Positions 47,990 through 57,009 of a stretch of DNA of 64,000 nucleotides are shown piece by piece. Origin of the DNA: Planctomycetota bacterium (GTDB taxonomy: Bacteria > Planctomycetota > UBA1135 > UBA2386). The notes beneath the pieces were generated by a model that worked only from the letters and a program-made list of their open reading frames with translations, did no database searches and had not been told where the DNA came from. Position numbers and translations under genes: made by a program. The DNA lies in assembly GCA_046290465.1 (NCBI GenBank), contig JBKAGP010000001.1:5088001-5152000 (forward strand), read 5' to 3'. The first letter of the stretch is position 1. Each line of letters begins with the position of its first letter.

Positions 47990-50167
47990 TCAGTAGTCCA
48001 CGGTCGCGCGCACGATGTTGCTGGCGGCGACCCCCGGCAGCGCCGGGCAGCCGACGTAGAGCACGTGAAACGAGACGAACTGGAAGTCGAACGCGAAGCC
48101 GACCAGTGCCGGCGTGCCCGGGATCGCCAGCGACGTCGCCGCGGTGCCCGCGGTGTTGGGCACGAACCACGCGTTGCTCGGGTCGACGAAGTCGCAGACG
48201 CCACAGCTGAGCCGTGCGCCGGGCATGCCGACCAGCGCGAACGGCACCGCCAGCGGCTGTGCCCCGAACAGTTCGAGCGGCGCGCTGCCGTTGCCGAGCG
48301 CGAACGGGCCGCTGCTGGTCGCGAGGCCGCCGGGCCCGCAGCCGCCGCCGAGGTCGACGATCGCGCCGCCGGGGCCCATCGCCTCGATCGGCTGCAGGCC
48401 GACGTCGCTGTCGTAGGTCGCCGCGGTGTCCTGGTCGGCGAACACCACCAGGCCGTCGTCGAGCGGCGTCGACGGGTCGCCGGCACGGCGGCCGATCAGC
48501 CGCGGCGCGTGCTCGTACGTGTAGTTGGGGCCCGGCGTCAGGTCGAGCGGCAGTTCGTTGCCGACCGGGGCGCCGGCGCTGTCGAGCACCAGCGCGAAGC
48601 TGTCGTCGTCGAAGATCGCGGTGGGGTCGGCGCGCATGAACGCGAGGCCGAACTGCTCGCCGAGCACCGCGACGTCGGCGGCGTAGTCGATCTGGCCCGG
48701 CTGCGCGGCCAGGTCGAGCGCGCCGCCGATGCTGGTGATGCCGGCCGCTCCGACGGTGATCACCTTGCCGCGCACGTCGGTGGTCGACGGGTTGGCGGCC
48801 TCCTGCTCCTCCCACGCGACGAAGAAGCGGAAGCCGTCGCCGTCGACCGCCGGATAGCCGGTGTCTTGCGACGTGTTCTGGATCCAGGCGGAAGGGCCGA
48901 GCAGCTGCATGTCGTGGTCGACGACCTGCGCGCGGATCGCGCCCGGCAGGCCGAGCGGCCGGTTGGTCCAGGCGATCACGTGGTGGCCGAGGCTGCCGCC
49001 CTGCTTGCTGATCGCTGGCTCGTAGACGTCGCCGGCGGCGATCTGCACGAACGGCGCGACCGTCGGCTGCAGCTGCGCGTCGATCGTCACGGTGGTGCCG
49101 AGCAGGCCGAGCGAGCTGTCGAGCCACGCGACCAGGCAGTCGTCGTCGAGCACCGTGGCTTCGCCGCTGACGACCGGCGAGCCGACGTCGTACGGGCCGT
49201 CGATCGGGAACACGTTGCTCGCCTGCGCCTGCACCGGTTCGAGGGCGAGGCCCTGCACGTAGTTGCCGTTCTGCGTGTACTCGACCCAGACCAGCACGAA
49301 CACGCCGAGGCCGGCGATGTTGGTGACGCGGATGCTGTCGGCGTCGCCGCCGTTGATCGCGAACGCGTAGCCGAACCCGAGCGGCGTCGCCAGCCAGACG
49401 CTGCCGACGACGCCGGTCTGGCCGCCGCCGAGGAACTGCGTCCAGACGACGCACCAGGTGTCGGACGCGGCGTCGTAGGCGACGTCGGGGAAGTCGTTGT
49501 CGGTGCCGGCGTAGGCCTGCGTGATCGTGCCGATCAGCGGGTCGAGCTCGAGCGGGTAGCTGGCCGCATCGACGAACGCACCGGGCAGCTCCAGCTGCAG
49601 CCGGCCGTCGACGAGGCGCCGTTCGCCGCGGCAGCGCGCCCCGCTCGCATCGATCGCCACGACCTCGCCGATCGCGACGCCGAAGCCGTCGTCGTCGAGC
49701 CAGCGGGCGCCGGTCGCGTCGGGCCGCAGCGACGTGGTCACGTCGAGCGACACGCGCAGGTCGCCGCCGCCGGCGGGGCGTTGGGCGAACACGAACGACT
49801 GCTTCAGGCCGTCGGGGCGCGTCTCGTAGCGCTCCTCGAGCGCGGGCCATGTGTAGCTCGCGCTGGTGCGGGTGTGGGTGCGGGTGGGGGTGTGTCGGTC
49901 GGCGCGCAGCAGCGTCCGGTCGCCGCGGCGGACCTCGGCGAGCTGCAGCGCGAGGGTGTGGGCGCGCGGGGCGTGCCGCCCGAGCGCGGGTTGGTAGGTG
50001 GTCTTGCGGTCCCCGAACGTCGCGCGGTAGCCGTGCGCGACCCCGGTCACGACGCCGCCGGTCTCGTGCACGCCCGCGGCCTGCCGGATCGACACGGCGG
50101 GGCGCTGGGCGTTCGCGGCGGCGCAGGGCAGCGCAGCCGCGAGCAGGATCGGGAGCAGTCTCGACAT
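47990..50167 (-). CDS. Secreted beta-rich protein with the shared C-terminal domain
   Basis: Signal peptide ANA|Q, ASYPLELDPLI linker, propeller-like repeats (PDVAYD, PAVDGD), C-terminal GGGC..SN domain. Confidence 0.8.
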   Translation of the reverse strand: MSRLLPILLAAALPCAAANAQRPAVSIRQAAGVHETGGVVTGVAHGYRATFGDRKTTYQPALGRHAPRAHTLALQLAEVRRGDRTLLRADRHTPTRTHTRTSASYTWPALEERYETRPDGLKQSFVFAQRPAGGGDLRVSLDVTTSLRPDATGARWLDDDGFGVAIGEVVAIDASGARCRGERRLVDGRLQLELPGAFVDAASYPLELDPLIGTITQAYAGTDNDFPDVAYDAASDTWCVVWTQFLGGGQTGVVGSVWLATPLGFGYAFAINGGDADSIRVTNIAGLGVFVLVWVEYTQNGNYVQGLALEPVQAQASNVFPIDGPYDVGSPVVSGEATVLDDDCLVAWLDSSLGLLGTTVTIDAQLQPTVAPFVQIAAGDVYEPAISKQGGSLGHHVIAWTNRPLGLPGAIRAQVVDHDMQLLGPSAWIQNTSQDTGYPAVDGDGFRFFVAWEEQEAANPSTTDVRGKVITVGAAGITSIGGALDLAAQPGQIDYAADVAVLGEQFGLAFMRADPTAIFDDDSFALVLDSAGAPVGNELPLDLTPGPNYTYEHAPRLIGRRAGDPSTPLDDGLVVFADQDTAATYDSDVGLQPIEAMGPGGAIVDLGGGCGPGGLATSSGPFALGNGSAPLELFGAQPLAVPFALVGMPGARLSCGVCDFVDPSNAWFVPNTAGTAATSLAIPGTPALVGFAFDFQFVSFHVLYVGCPALPGVAASNIVRATVDY

Positions 50168-50275
50168 GGGGCTCTTGTCGAGAAACCTACCTCCGGTTGG
50201 CCGGTCCGGTGCGGGAGTGGCCGCGCGGTGCCGATGGCAGCGCGGCTTGCGCGCCGGCGATTCTGCGCGGCGCCG

Positions 50276-51751
50276 CTACCAGGTCAGCCGCGCGTCGCCC
50301 TGCTGCAGCCGCCCGGCCGGGCGGATGCCGCTGCCCTTGGTCTTGGTCAGCTTGTCCCCGAGGTCCTGGCGCGCCGCGTCGGCGAGCTTCTGCAGCCGCG
50401 CGACCACCTCGGGATGCTTCGCCGAGACGTCCGTGGTCTCCCCCGGATCGTTCTGCAGGTCGAACAGTTCGAGCCCGATCGAGGCCTGCGAGTACGGGTT
50501 GGGGCTGCCGTCCTTGCCGCCCGGCTTGCCCGCCATCGTGCGGTAGCGGTGCGGGAAGTGCAGCTTCCAGCGCGGGTCGCGGATCGCCTGCAGCTGGCCG
50601 CCGGCGTAGTAGTGCAGGAAGAACTCGTGCGGCGACTTCGCCCCTGCCTCGCCGAACAGCAAGGGCGCGATGTCGCGGCCGTCGATCTTGTGGTCCGGCA
50701 GGGTCGCGCCGATCAGCTTGGCGAACGTCGGCAGGATGTCGATCGTCGACGCGAACTCGTCGCAGGTCCGGCCGGCGGGCACGCGGCCCGGCCAGCGCAC
50801 GACGGTCGGCTCGCGGATGCCGCCCTCGAACATCGTGCCCTTGCCCTCGCGGTAGATGCCCGACGAGCCGGCGTGGTGGCCGTAGCTCAACCACGGACCG
50901 TTGTCGGACGTGAACACGACCATCGTGTCGTCGTCGATGCCGTGCTCATTCAGCGCGTCGAGGATCTGCCCGACCGACCAGTCGATCTCCATGACCACGT
51001 CGCCGAACAGGCCCTTGCCGCTCTTGCCCTTGAACCGGTCCGAGACGAACAGCGGCACGTGCACCATCGAGTGCGGCACGTAGCAGAAGAACGGCTCGTC
51101 CTTGTGGCGCTCGATGAACGACACCGCCCGTTCGGTGTACCAGGTCGTCAGCATCTCCTGGTCCTCGCCGCTGACCTCGGTGTCGACGACCTCGGTGCCT
51201 TCGATCAGCGGCAGGTTCGGGTAGCCCTTCTTGCGCCGTTCGGCTGCGGTCGGCAGGTGCGCGTAGGCAGGGTGCAGCGGCCACATGTCGTTGGAGTAGG
51301 GCAGCCCGAAGTACTCGTCGAAGCCGTGGTTGGTCGGCAGGAACTTCGGGTGGTGGCCGAGGTGCCACTTGCCGTAGCACGCCGTCGCGTAGCCCTTCTG
51401 CTTGCAGACCTCGGCCAGCGTCATCTCGCGCTCGTGCAGGCCGTGGTTGGCGCGCGGGCCGAGCGCCCCGGAGATGCCGACGCGGCGGTGGTAGCAGCCG
51501 GTCAGCAGGGCCGCGCGCGACGCCGAGCAAACCGCGGTCGCGACGCTGAAGTCCGTGAACCGCATGCCTTCGCCGGCCATCCGGTCCAGGTTCGGCGTCG
51601 GGATCTCCCCGCCGAACGGCCCGATGTCCGCGTAGGCCATGTCGTCGATGAAGATGACGACCAGGTTGGGCAGGCGGTCCTGCGCGACGGCGGCGGGGGC
51701 GGCGAGCGCGGCGGCGAGCGCGAGCGCGGAGGCGATCTGGGCGGAGCGCAT
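50276..51751 (-). CDS. Sulfatase (family S1, arylsulfatase A-like)
   Basis: PNLVVIFIDDM, VCSASRAALLTG, GKWHLG, LPYSNDM, FTSDNGPW, FEGGIREP. Alternative start at 51760. Confidence 0.95.
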   Translation of the reverse strand: MRSAQIASALALAAALAAPAAVAQDRLPNLVVIFIDDMAYADIGPFGGEIPTPNLDRMAGEGMRFTDFSVATAVCSASRAALLTGCYHRRVGISGALGPRANHGLHEREMTLAEVCKQKGYATACYGKWHLGHHPKFLPTNHGFDEYFGLPYSNDMWPLHPAYAHLPTAAERRKKGYPNLPLIEGTEVVDTEVSGEDQEMLTTWYTERAVSFIERHKDEPFFCYVPHSMVHVPLFVSDRFKGKSGKGLFGDVVMEIDWSVGQILDALNEHGIDDDTMVVFTSDNGPWLSYGHHAGSSGIYREGKGTMFEGGIREPTVVRWPGRVPAGRTCDEFASTIDILPTFAKLIGATLPDHKIDGRDIAPLLFGEAGAKSPHEFFLHYYAGGQLQAIRDPRWKLHFPHRYRTMAGKPGGKDGSPNPYSQASIGLELFDLQNDPGETTDVSAKHPEVVARLQKLADAARQDLGDKLTKTKGSGIRPAGRLQQGDARLTW

Positions 51752-51786
51752 CCGCGGCATGCTACCGCCGCGGCGGCGGCTGCGCC

Positions 51787-52830
51787 TCAGTTGGTGCAGT
51801 CGAGCCGGACCCCGTTGCTGGCGCGCACCGCGAGCAGACCGTTGACGGCGGCGATCGGCAGGAACTGCACGAACGAGGTGCCGACCGCGGTGGTCGGCAC
51901 GTTCCAGCTGGTGGTCGCGTTGCCGGACGCGTCCGCGGTGACGAGCTCGAGCGTGCTCGCGTTGCTCAGCAGCGAGCAACCGCTGAGCAGCGGCAGCGAG
52001 AGCTGCTGGTCGCCGATCGCGACGATCACCGGGCTGCTCGGCCAGCAGCCGGTCCCGAGCATGAAGATCGTGCGCGTGTTGCCGACCACCAGTTCGTTGC
52101 CGGCCAGCTGCGCGCCGGCGCAGCCCTGGCCGTAGTTGGTGAACGTGCAGGTCGCGGTCTGGTCGGGCAGGAAGCCGGACCACAGCTCGGTCCACGTGTA
52201 GACCGACGTGCCCTGGCCGTCGCCGTCGCTGCGGCACGCGCATTCGATGTAGACGTCGACCTGGCCCGACGGACCGAACGTGTACGGCAGCGTGATCGTC
52301 GCCGCGGCGCTCTGTGCGACCTCGAAGGTGCCGTCGGCGTCGACGTCGACGCGCACGAACGCGGTGCCGTTGGGGCCGACCGTGGTCAGGTTGTTGCGCC
52401 AGTCGAAGCGCAGCACGCCGGCGGTGCCCGGCGCGGCGCCGAACGTCGCGGTCACGCCGTGTCCGGCGAAGCCGGCGCCGGTGCTCGCGGGCGACGCCGA
52501 GCTCCCGGCGGCGTCGCCGATCGGCGCACGCGCGGTGGCGCGCTCGAAGAAGTTGAAGCCGGCGCCGCCGTTGTAGGGCTGCGTCGGGTAGACGATCGTC
52601 GTCGCCGACAGGTGGTCGCCGCCGGGCGATTGCGACGTCGACTGGAACACGTTGTTGGGATAGCTGCCGATCGTCTGGCCCTGCGCGGTCACGACGAACG
52701 TGTCGCCGGCGAGCGCCGAGCTGGTCCGCGAGCCGAGCGGCGTCGCGGCGGTGATCGACAGCGTGGTCTGGGCGGCGACGTCGACGCCAGACAGGAGCAG
52801 AGCGGGCAGCAGCAGCGTGCGGATCGACAT
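51787..52830 (-). CDS. Secreted hypothetical protein with the shared C-terminal domain
   Basis: Signal peptide VAA|Q, C-terminal YGQGC..GC..SNGV domain. Confidence 0.78.
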   Translation of the reverse strand: MSIRTLLLPALLLSGVDVAAQTTLSITAATPLGSRTSSALAGDTFVVTAQGQTIGSYPNNVFQSTSQSPGGDHLSATTIVYPTQPYNGGAGFNFFERATARAPIGDAAGSSASPASTGAGFAGHGVTATFGAAPGTAGVLRFDWRNNLTTVGPNGTAFVRVDVDADGTFEVAQSAAATITLPYTFGPSGQVDVYIECACRSDGDGQGTSVYTWTELWSGFLPDQTATCTFTNYGQGCAGAQLAGNELVVGNTRTIFMLGTGCWPSSPVIVAIGDQQLSLPLLSGCSLLSNASTLELVTADASGNATTSWNVPTTAVGTSFVQFLPIAAVNGLLAVRASNGVRLDCTN

Positions 52831-52892
52831 GGAGGTCACCTGGTATCGGGGAGTCCGTATCGTAGCGCCGCCGAGCCGGTATCCTGCGTCCC

Positions 52893-54131
52893 ATGCGCCT
52901 CCGATCCGTCGCCTGTGCCCTGACGTTCGCCGCCGCGCCCGTGGCCCAGCAGGCGCCGACCGCGCCACCGCCAACCGAGCCACCGCCAACCGAGCGGCCG
53001 TCGACCGTGCTGCCATCACCCGGGCCGATCGCCGGCCTGGACCTCGGCGCCGATCCCGCGCAGAACGGCTGGACGTTCGAGTCGATCGGCTGGGCGCGCG
53101 ACGTCGGCCGCAAGCGGGTGCTGCGCGTCGGGCCCGAGGGCGACGCGGCGATGGCTGCCGGCGATGCCGACGGCGTGGTCCTGCGCGGCACGTCGCCGAC
53201 CGCGCGCGGCGACCTGGTCTCGCGGGGCTTCGCGCTGGGACCGCTGCGCTGGGTCGACGTCGAGGTCGAGTACCGACACCTCGAAGGCGAGGCGGCGCTG
53301 TTCGTCGGCCTGCGGCCGGTCGCCGACCGGCGCCAGGTCGACCTCGAGTCCGTGCCCGTTCGCGGCGCCAAGGCGCGCAGCGGCCGCGCCTCTGTCCGTC
53401 TGCACTCGGGGCTGGCCGAAGGCCCGTATGCGTTGTCGCTGTCGATCGCCGGTCGCGGGGCGGTGCAGATCCGGTCGGTCTCCGCGTCGATCGCCGGCGC
53501 CTACCGAGCCCCGACCAGGCCGCTCTGCGTGATCGACATCCGCACGACCAAGGACACCGCCGGCCCCAACCCGAACTTCGCCCGGGTCGCGTCGGTGTTC
53601 GGCTTCCCGTCGGTCGAGTACCTGCACTACACCCGCTACGAACGCGCCGCGCTCGACCAGATCGACCCGGCGCTGATCGTGCTGCCGGGCCTGATCTCGC
53701 TGAAGGGCGCCGACAGCGCCAAGATCGACGCGGTGGTCCGCGACGCGGTCCGCTTCGACGCGCCGGTCGTCGGCGTCTGCCTCGGCCACCAGGTGCTGGC
53801 GCGCGCGCACGGCGCGTCGCTGCGAAAGGGCGAACGCGAGTGGGGGCCGACCCGCATCGACGTCGTGCGCAAGGACCCGCTGTTCGCGGGGCTGCCGCGC
53901 GGCCGCGGCTTCTTCGCCTCGCAGTCGCATCGCTTCGAGGTGCGAGAACCCGTCGGCAAGATGCAGCGGATTGCGTCGTCGGACACCTGCCGCAACCAGG
54001 TGTTCCGCTACCGCGGCAAGCCCTGGTACACGTTCCAGGGGCACATCGAGCGCGGCTGGGAGGTCGCGTCGCCCGAGTCGTGCCTGCTGTGGAAGAACAT
54101 GCTGCGCGGCTGGCGGCTGATCCCCCGCTAG
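52893..54131 (+). CDS. Exported protein with C-terminal class I glutamine amidotransferase-like domain
   Basis: Signal peptide, Pro-rich linker, PVVGVCLGHQVLA, SQSH, FQGHIE (Cys-His-Glu triad). Confidence 0.8.
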   Translation: MRLRSVACALTFAAAPVAQQAPTAPPPTEPPPTERPSTVLPSPGPIAGLDLGADPAQNGWTFESIGWARDVGRKRVLRVGPEGDAAMAAGDADGVVLRGTSPTARGDLVSRGFALGPLRWVDVEVEYRHLEGEAALFVGLRPVADRRQVDLESVPVRGAKARSGRASVRLHSGLAEGPYALSLSIAGRGAVQIRSVSASIAGAYRAPTRPLCVIDIRTTKDTAGPNPNFARVASVFGFPSVEYLHYTRYERAALDQIDPALIVLPGLISLKGADSAKIDAVVRDAVRFDAPVVGVCLGHQVLARAHGASLRKGEREWGPTRIDVVRKDPLFAGLPRGRGFFASQSHRFEVREPVGKMQRIASSDTCRNQVFRYRGKPWYTFQGHIERGWEVASPESCLLWKNMLRGWRLIPR

Positions 54132-54162
54132 GAGCGCGTCCACTACCTGGACGCGCTCCTAG
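54128..54162. terminator. 15-bp perfect stem-loop overlapping a stop codon
   Basis: CTAGGAGCGCGTCCA-CTACC-TGGACGCGCTCCTAG. Confidence 0.6.
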
Positions 54163-54204
54163 GGCCACTTGTCGGGTCGGAGGCGGCCTGCTAGCGTCGT
54201 CGAC

Positions 54205-55662
54205 ATGGGAAGAAACTCGATCGCAGCCATCGCGATCCTCGCGACCACCGTCTCGGCGCAGGTCCCCAGCTTCGGCGTGGAGACCCCGACCGCACTGGCC
54301 AACCGGGTCTTCGTTCGTTCGGCCGTCGCCGACCTCGACGGCGACGGCGACCTCGACCTGTTCGGCGTCAGCCAGGCCCCCAACGTCTACAGCGTGTTCC
54401 GCAACGACGGCGACGTCCTGGGCCGCCTCCGGATGACCAACGTCAGCAACGCTGCGTTTGCGTCGGCGACCGTGCGCGGCAGCTGTGAGGCGCTGTTCGA
54501 TGCGGACGGCGACGGGGATCTCGACCTGTTCGTCGGCGGCGGCGGCACGTTTGCGGGGATGTACCGCAACTCGGGCTCGGGCACGTTCACCAAGGTCCAG
54601 TCGCTGCTGTTCGCGGCCTGGCCGTCGGCGGCGACCGCGGCCGACCTCGACGGCGACGGCGACCTCGATCTGGTGCTGTCCGGCGATGGCGACACCAACG
54701 CCGAACACGAGATCGCGATCAACGACGGCACCGGCACGTTCTCCGCCGGGCCGTCGTTCGGCATCCCGTGGCGCGGTCGCATGGTGGACATCGACTTCGA
54801 CTCGGACGGCGATCGCGACCTGCTGATTGTCGAACGGCTGTCGTCGACGGTCGTCGGCAGCCACCGGCTGCTGCGCAATGACGGCGGACTGACGTTCACC
54901 GACGTCAGCGCGGCGCAGCTGCTGATGTCGCCAGCGCCGCAACCGACCCAGCTGCTGGTCCGCGACGTCGACGGCGACGGCGACGAGGACGTCGTGATGG
55001 CGTCCCAGTACTACGCCCTGATCCTCGACAACGACAACGGCCAGCTGCGCGACGGCCACGGCATGAACGGCGGCAGGTCGGTCGCGGTGACCGACGTCGA
55101 CGGCGACGGCGACCTCGACATTCTGCGGCTGAAGGGCACGCCCGCCACCCTGCACCTCGAACGCAACGACGGACAGGGCGGCTTCCAGTCCTGGAACGTC
55201 GTGCCGAGCTACTGGGCCGAGCACCTGACCGTCGCCGACTTCGACCGCGACGGCGACGACGAGGTCGTGCTCGGCAGCCCGCTGGCATTCGTCAACGTGC
55301 TGCGCAACCGGCAGCTCGACCTGGTCGTCTCGACGCCGACGGTCGGCCAGAGCTGGTCCGTCGAGGTGCGCAGCTACCCGGGGTATGCGACGGCGGCGGC
55401 GCCGATGCTGCTCGCCGTCGGGCTCGCCCGGCTGCCGCAAGCGGTCGAACTGCCGCCGCTCGGCGTGCTGCACGTCGACCTGTCGCTGCCCAACCTGCAG
55501 GTCGCCGACGTGCTGCCGGCGCCGGCCGGCCAGCGCACGTCGACGTTCGCGATCCCGAACGTCGCCGGGCTCGCCGGCATCGCGCTGCACACGCAGGTGT
55601 TGGTCGACCGCGGCCCGCTGCCGCCGCGGCTGACCGCGGTGCGTTCGGTGGTGGTGCAGTAG
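54205..55662 (+). CDS. Secreted FG-GAP/VCBS repeat protein with the shared C-terminal domain
   Basis: Seven DxDGDGDxD-type repeats, signal peptide VSA|Q, C-terminus FAIPNVAGLAGIALHTQVL. Confidence 0.9.
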   Translation: MGRNSIAAIAILATTVSAQVPSFGVETPTALANRVFVRSAVADLDGDGDLDLFGVSQAPNVYSVFRNDGDVLGRLRMTNVSNAAFASATVRGSCEALFDADGDGDLDLFVGGGGTFAGMYRNSGSGTFTKVQSLLFAAWPSAATAADLDGDGDLDLVLSGDGDTNAEHEIAINDGTGTFSAGPSFGIPWRGRMVDIDFDSDGDRDLLIVERLSSTVVGSHRLLRNDGGLTFTDVSAAQLLMSPAPQPTQLLVRDVDGDGDEDVVMASQYYALILDNDNGQLRDGHGMNGGRSVAVTDVDGDGDLDILRLKGTPATLHLERNDGQGGFQSWNVVPSYWAEHLTVADFDRDGDDEVVLGSPLAFVNVLRNRQLDLVVSTPTVGQSWSVEVRSYPGYATAAAPMLLAVGLARLPQAVELPPLGVLHVDLSLPNLQVADVLPAPAGQRTSTFAIPNVAGLAGIALHTQVLVDRGPLPPRLTAVRSVVVQ

Positions 55663-55923
55663 CGGCGTCGCGGCCCGACAGCGTCGGGGCCGGCCGTCAG
55701 CGCTTCGCCATCGGCACCGACAGGGTCTGCATGCACAGCTTGCGGATCGCGGCCATCACCGGCCCGCCGGTGCTGGAGTGGAACGCGCCGAGCGCCGCGG
55801 TCCCGGGTGGGCGCAGAAGAACGTCAGCCCGATCCGTTCGCCGCCGTCGATTCGCCGCGCTTATCGCACCGTCCTCGGCAACCGCCCGCAACCGATCGAC
55901 CGGCGCGGCTACCTTCGCTCGTG

Positions 55924-56730
55924 ATGCGCCTGCCAACGAACGCCGTCCGCGCCGCTGCCTGCGTCGCGCTGTTGTGGTCCACGTCGTGCACGGCGATGCT
56001 CGACCCGCACCGCTTCGAGCAGGTGCGCTACGGCATGGCCCACGACGAGGTCGAGCAGGTGCTCGAGGTCGCGGTGCGCGACCGCCTGCGGGTGCTGCCC
56101 GAGCAGCCCGGCGACCCCGAGTGGCTGCTCGACGGCTACTGGTCCGAACACCCGCATCCGGTCTACGTGGTCGCCTACCGCGATGGAGAACTGGCGAGCG
56201 TGCTGCACCAGGGCGACCTGCCGGACGACCTGCGCTTCGTCGGCGCACCGATGGGGCACCAACGGATCACGCGGCTGGTCGCCACGTTCGCGGCGACCCG
56301 CCATCCGCTCGCCTGGGCCGAGCTCGAGCCGATCGACGCGACCGCCCGGCGCGACGGCCTCGATCCGACGACCCACACCGTGCTGCTGCTGGTCGTGTTC
56401 CCGCCGGCGCTGGTCGGTCTGGCCATGCTGCCGGTCGTCTGGCTGACGATGCCGCTGTTCGAGGGCGACGTGAGCGAACTTCGCATGCAGCTGTCGGCGC
56501 GCGCGCTGTCGTTGCCGGCGGGCTGCACGCGCGAACGGGCGGCGGCGACGCTCGGTGAGCCGAGGGAGCGGCGGCCGGTCGACGGCGAACCGGACGTCGA
56601 GCTGTGGGACTACTGGGTCGAGGACAACCTGAGCTCCGACTTCAGCTGCCGGCTCGGCTTCGTCGGCGACCGCCTGCGGTGGGTGCAGGCGAGCCGGCCG
56701 GGGGCCACCGTGCGATCCTCGCGGCCTTGA
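55924..56730 (+). CDS. Hypothetical lipoprotein with BamE/SmpA-like segments
   Basis: STSC lipobox-like motif, FEQVRYGMAHDEVEQVL and GCTRERAAATLGEP..ELWDY, internal hydrophobic stretch. Confidence 0.6.
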   Translation: MRLPTNAVRAAACVALLWSTSCTAMLDPHRFEQVRYGMAHDEVEQVLEVAVRDRLRVLPEQPGDPEWLLDGYWSEHPHPVYVVAYRDGELASVLHQGDLPDDLRFVGAPMGHQRITRLVATFAATRHPLAWAELEPIDATARRDGLDPTTHTVLLLVVFPPALVGLAMLPVVWLTMPLFEGDVSELRMQLSARALSLPAGCTRERAAATLGEPRERRPVDGEPDVELWDYWVEDNLSSDFSCRLGFVGDRLRWVQASRPGATVRSSRP

Positions 56731-56734
56731 GGAT

Positions 56735-56968
56735 ATGCGTGCGGGCTATCGTGAACGGCTGCGACAGCGATACCCCGGCGATGTGGAGTTGCGATCGTTG
56801 ATGACCTTGGGCTGGGCGATGCATTGGGCCGAGTGCGAGCCCGGCGAGCAAACCGTGGAACGCATGTTGGAGCGGTTGGCGGCTGCCCGCGACGCCGGTT
56901 CGGAGTCGGTCGTCGTCTGGCGACTCGATTCGCTGGCCGAGGCCCTGCGCAAGCAGTTCGGCCGCTGA
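56735..56968 (+). CDS. Small hypothetical protein, weak resemblance to a serine recombinase fragment
   Basis: 77 aa containing SVVVWRLDSLAEAL. GAGG lies just upstream. Confidence 0.35.
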   Translation: MRAGYRERLRQRYPGDVELRSLMTLGWAMHWAECEPGEQTVERMLERLAAARDAGSESVVVWRLDSLAEALRKQFGR

Positions 56969-57009
56969 CCTTCCGGTCGCGGGGCCGCGCCGCTACGCTC
57001 CCTCGCCCA

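Noticed and set aside
51517..51531. Inactive sulfatase because the motif is CSASR rather than CxPxR
   Set aside because: CxAxR is a known functional variant, and the other catalytic motifs are intact.
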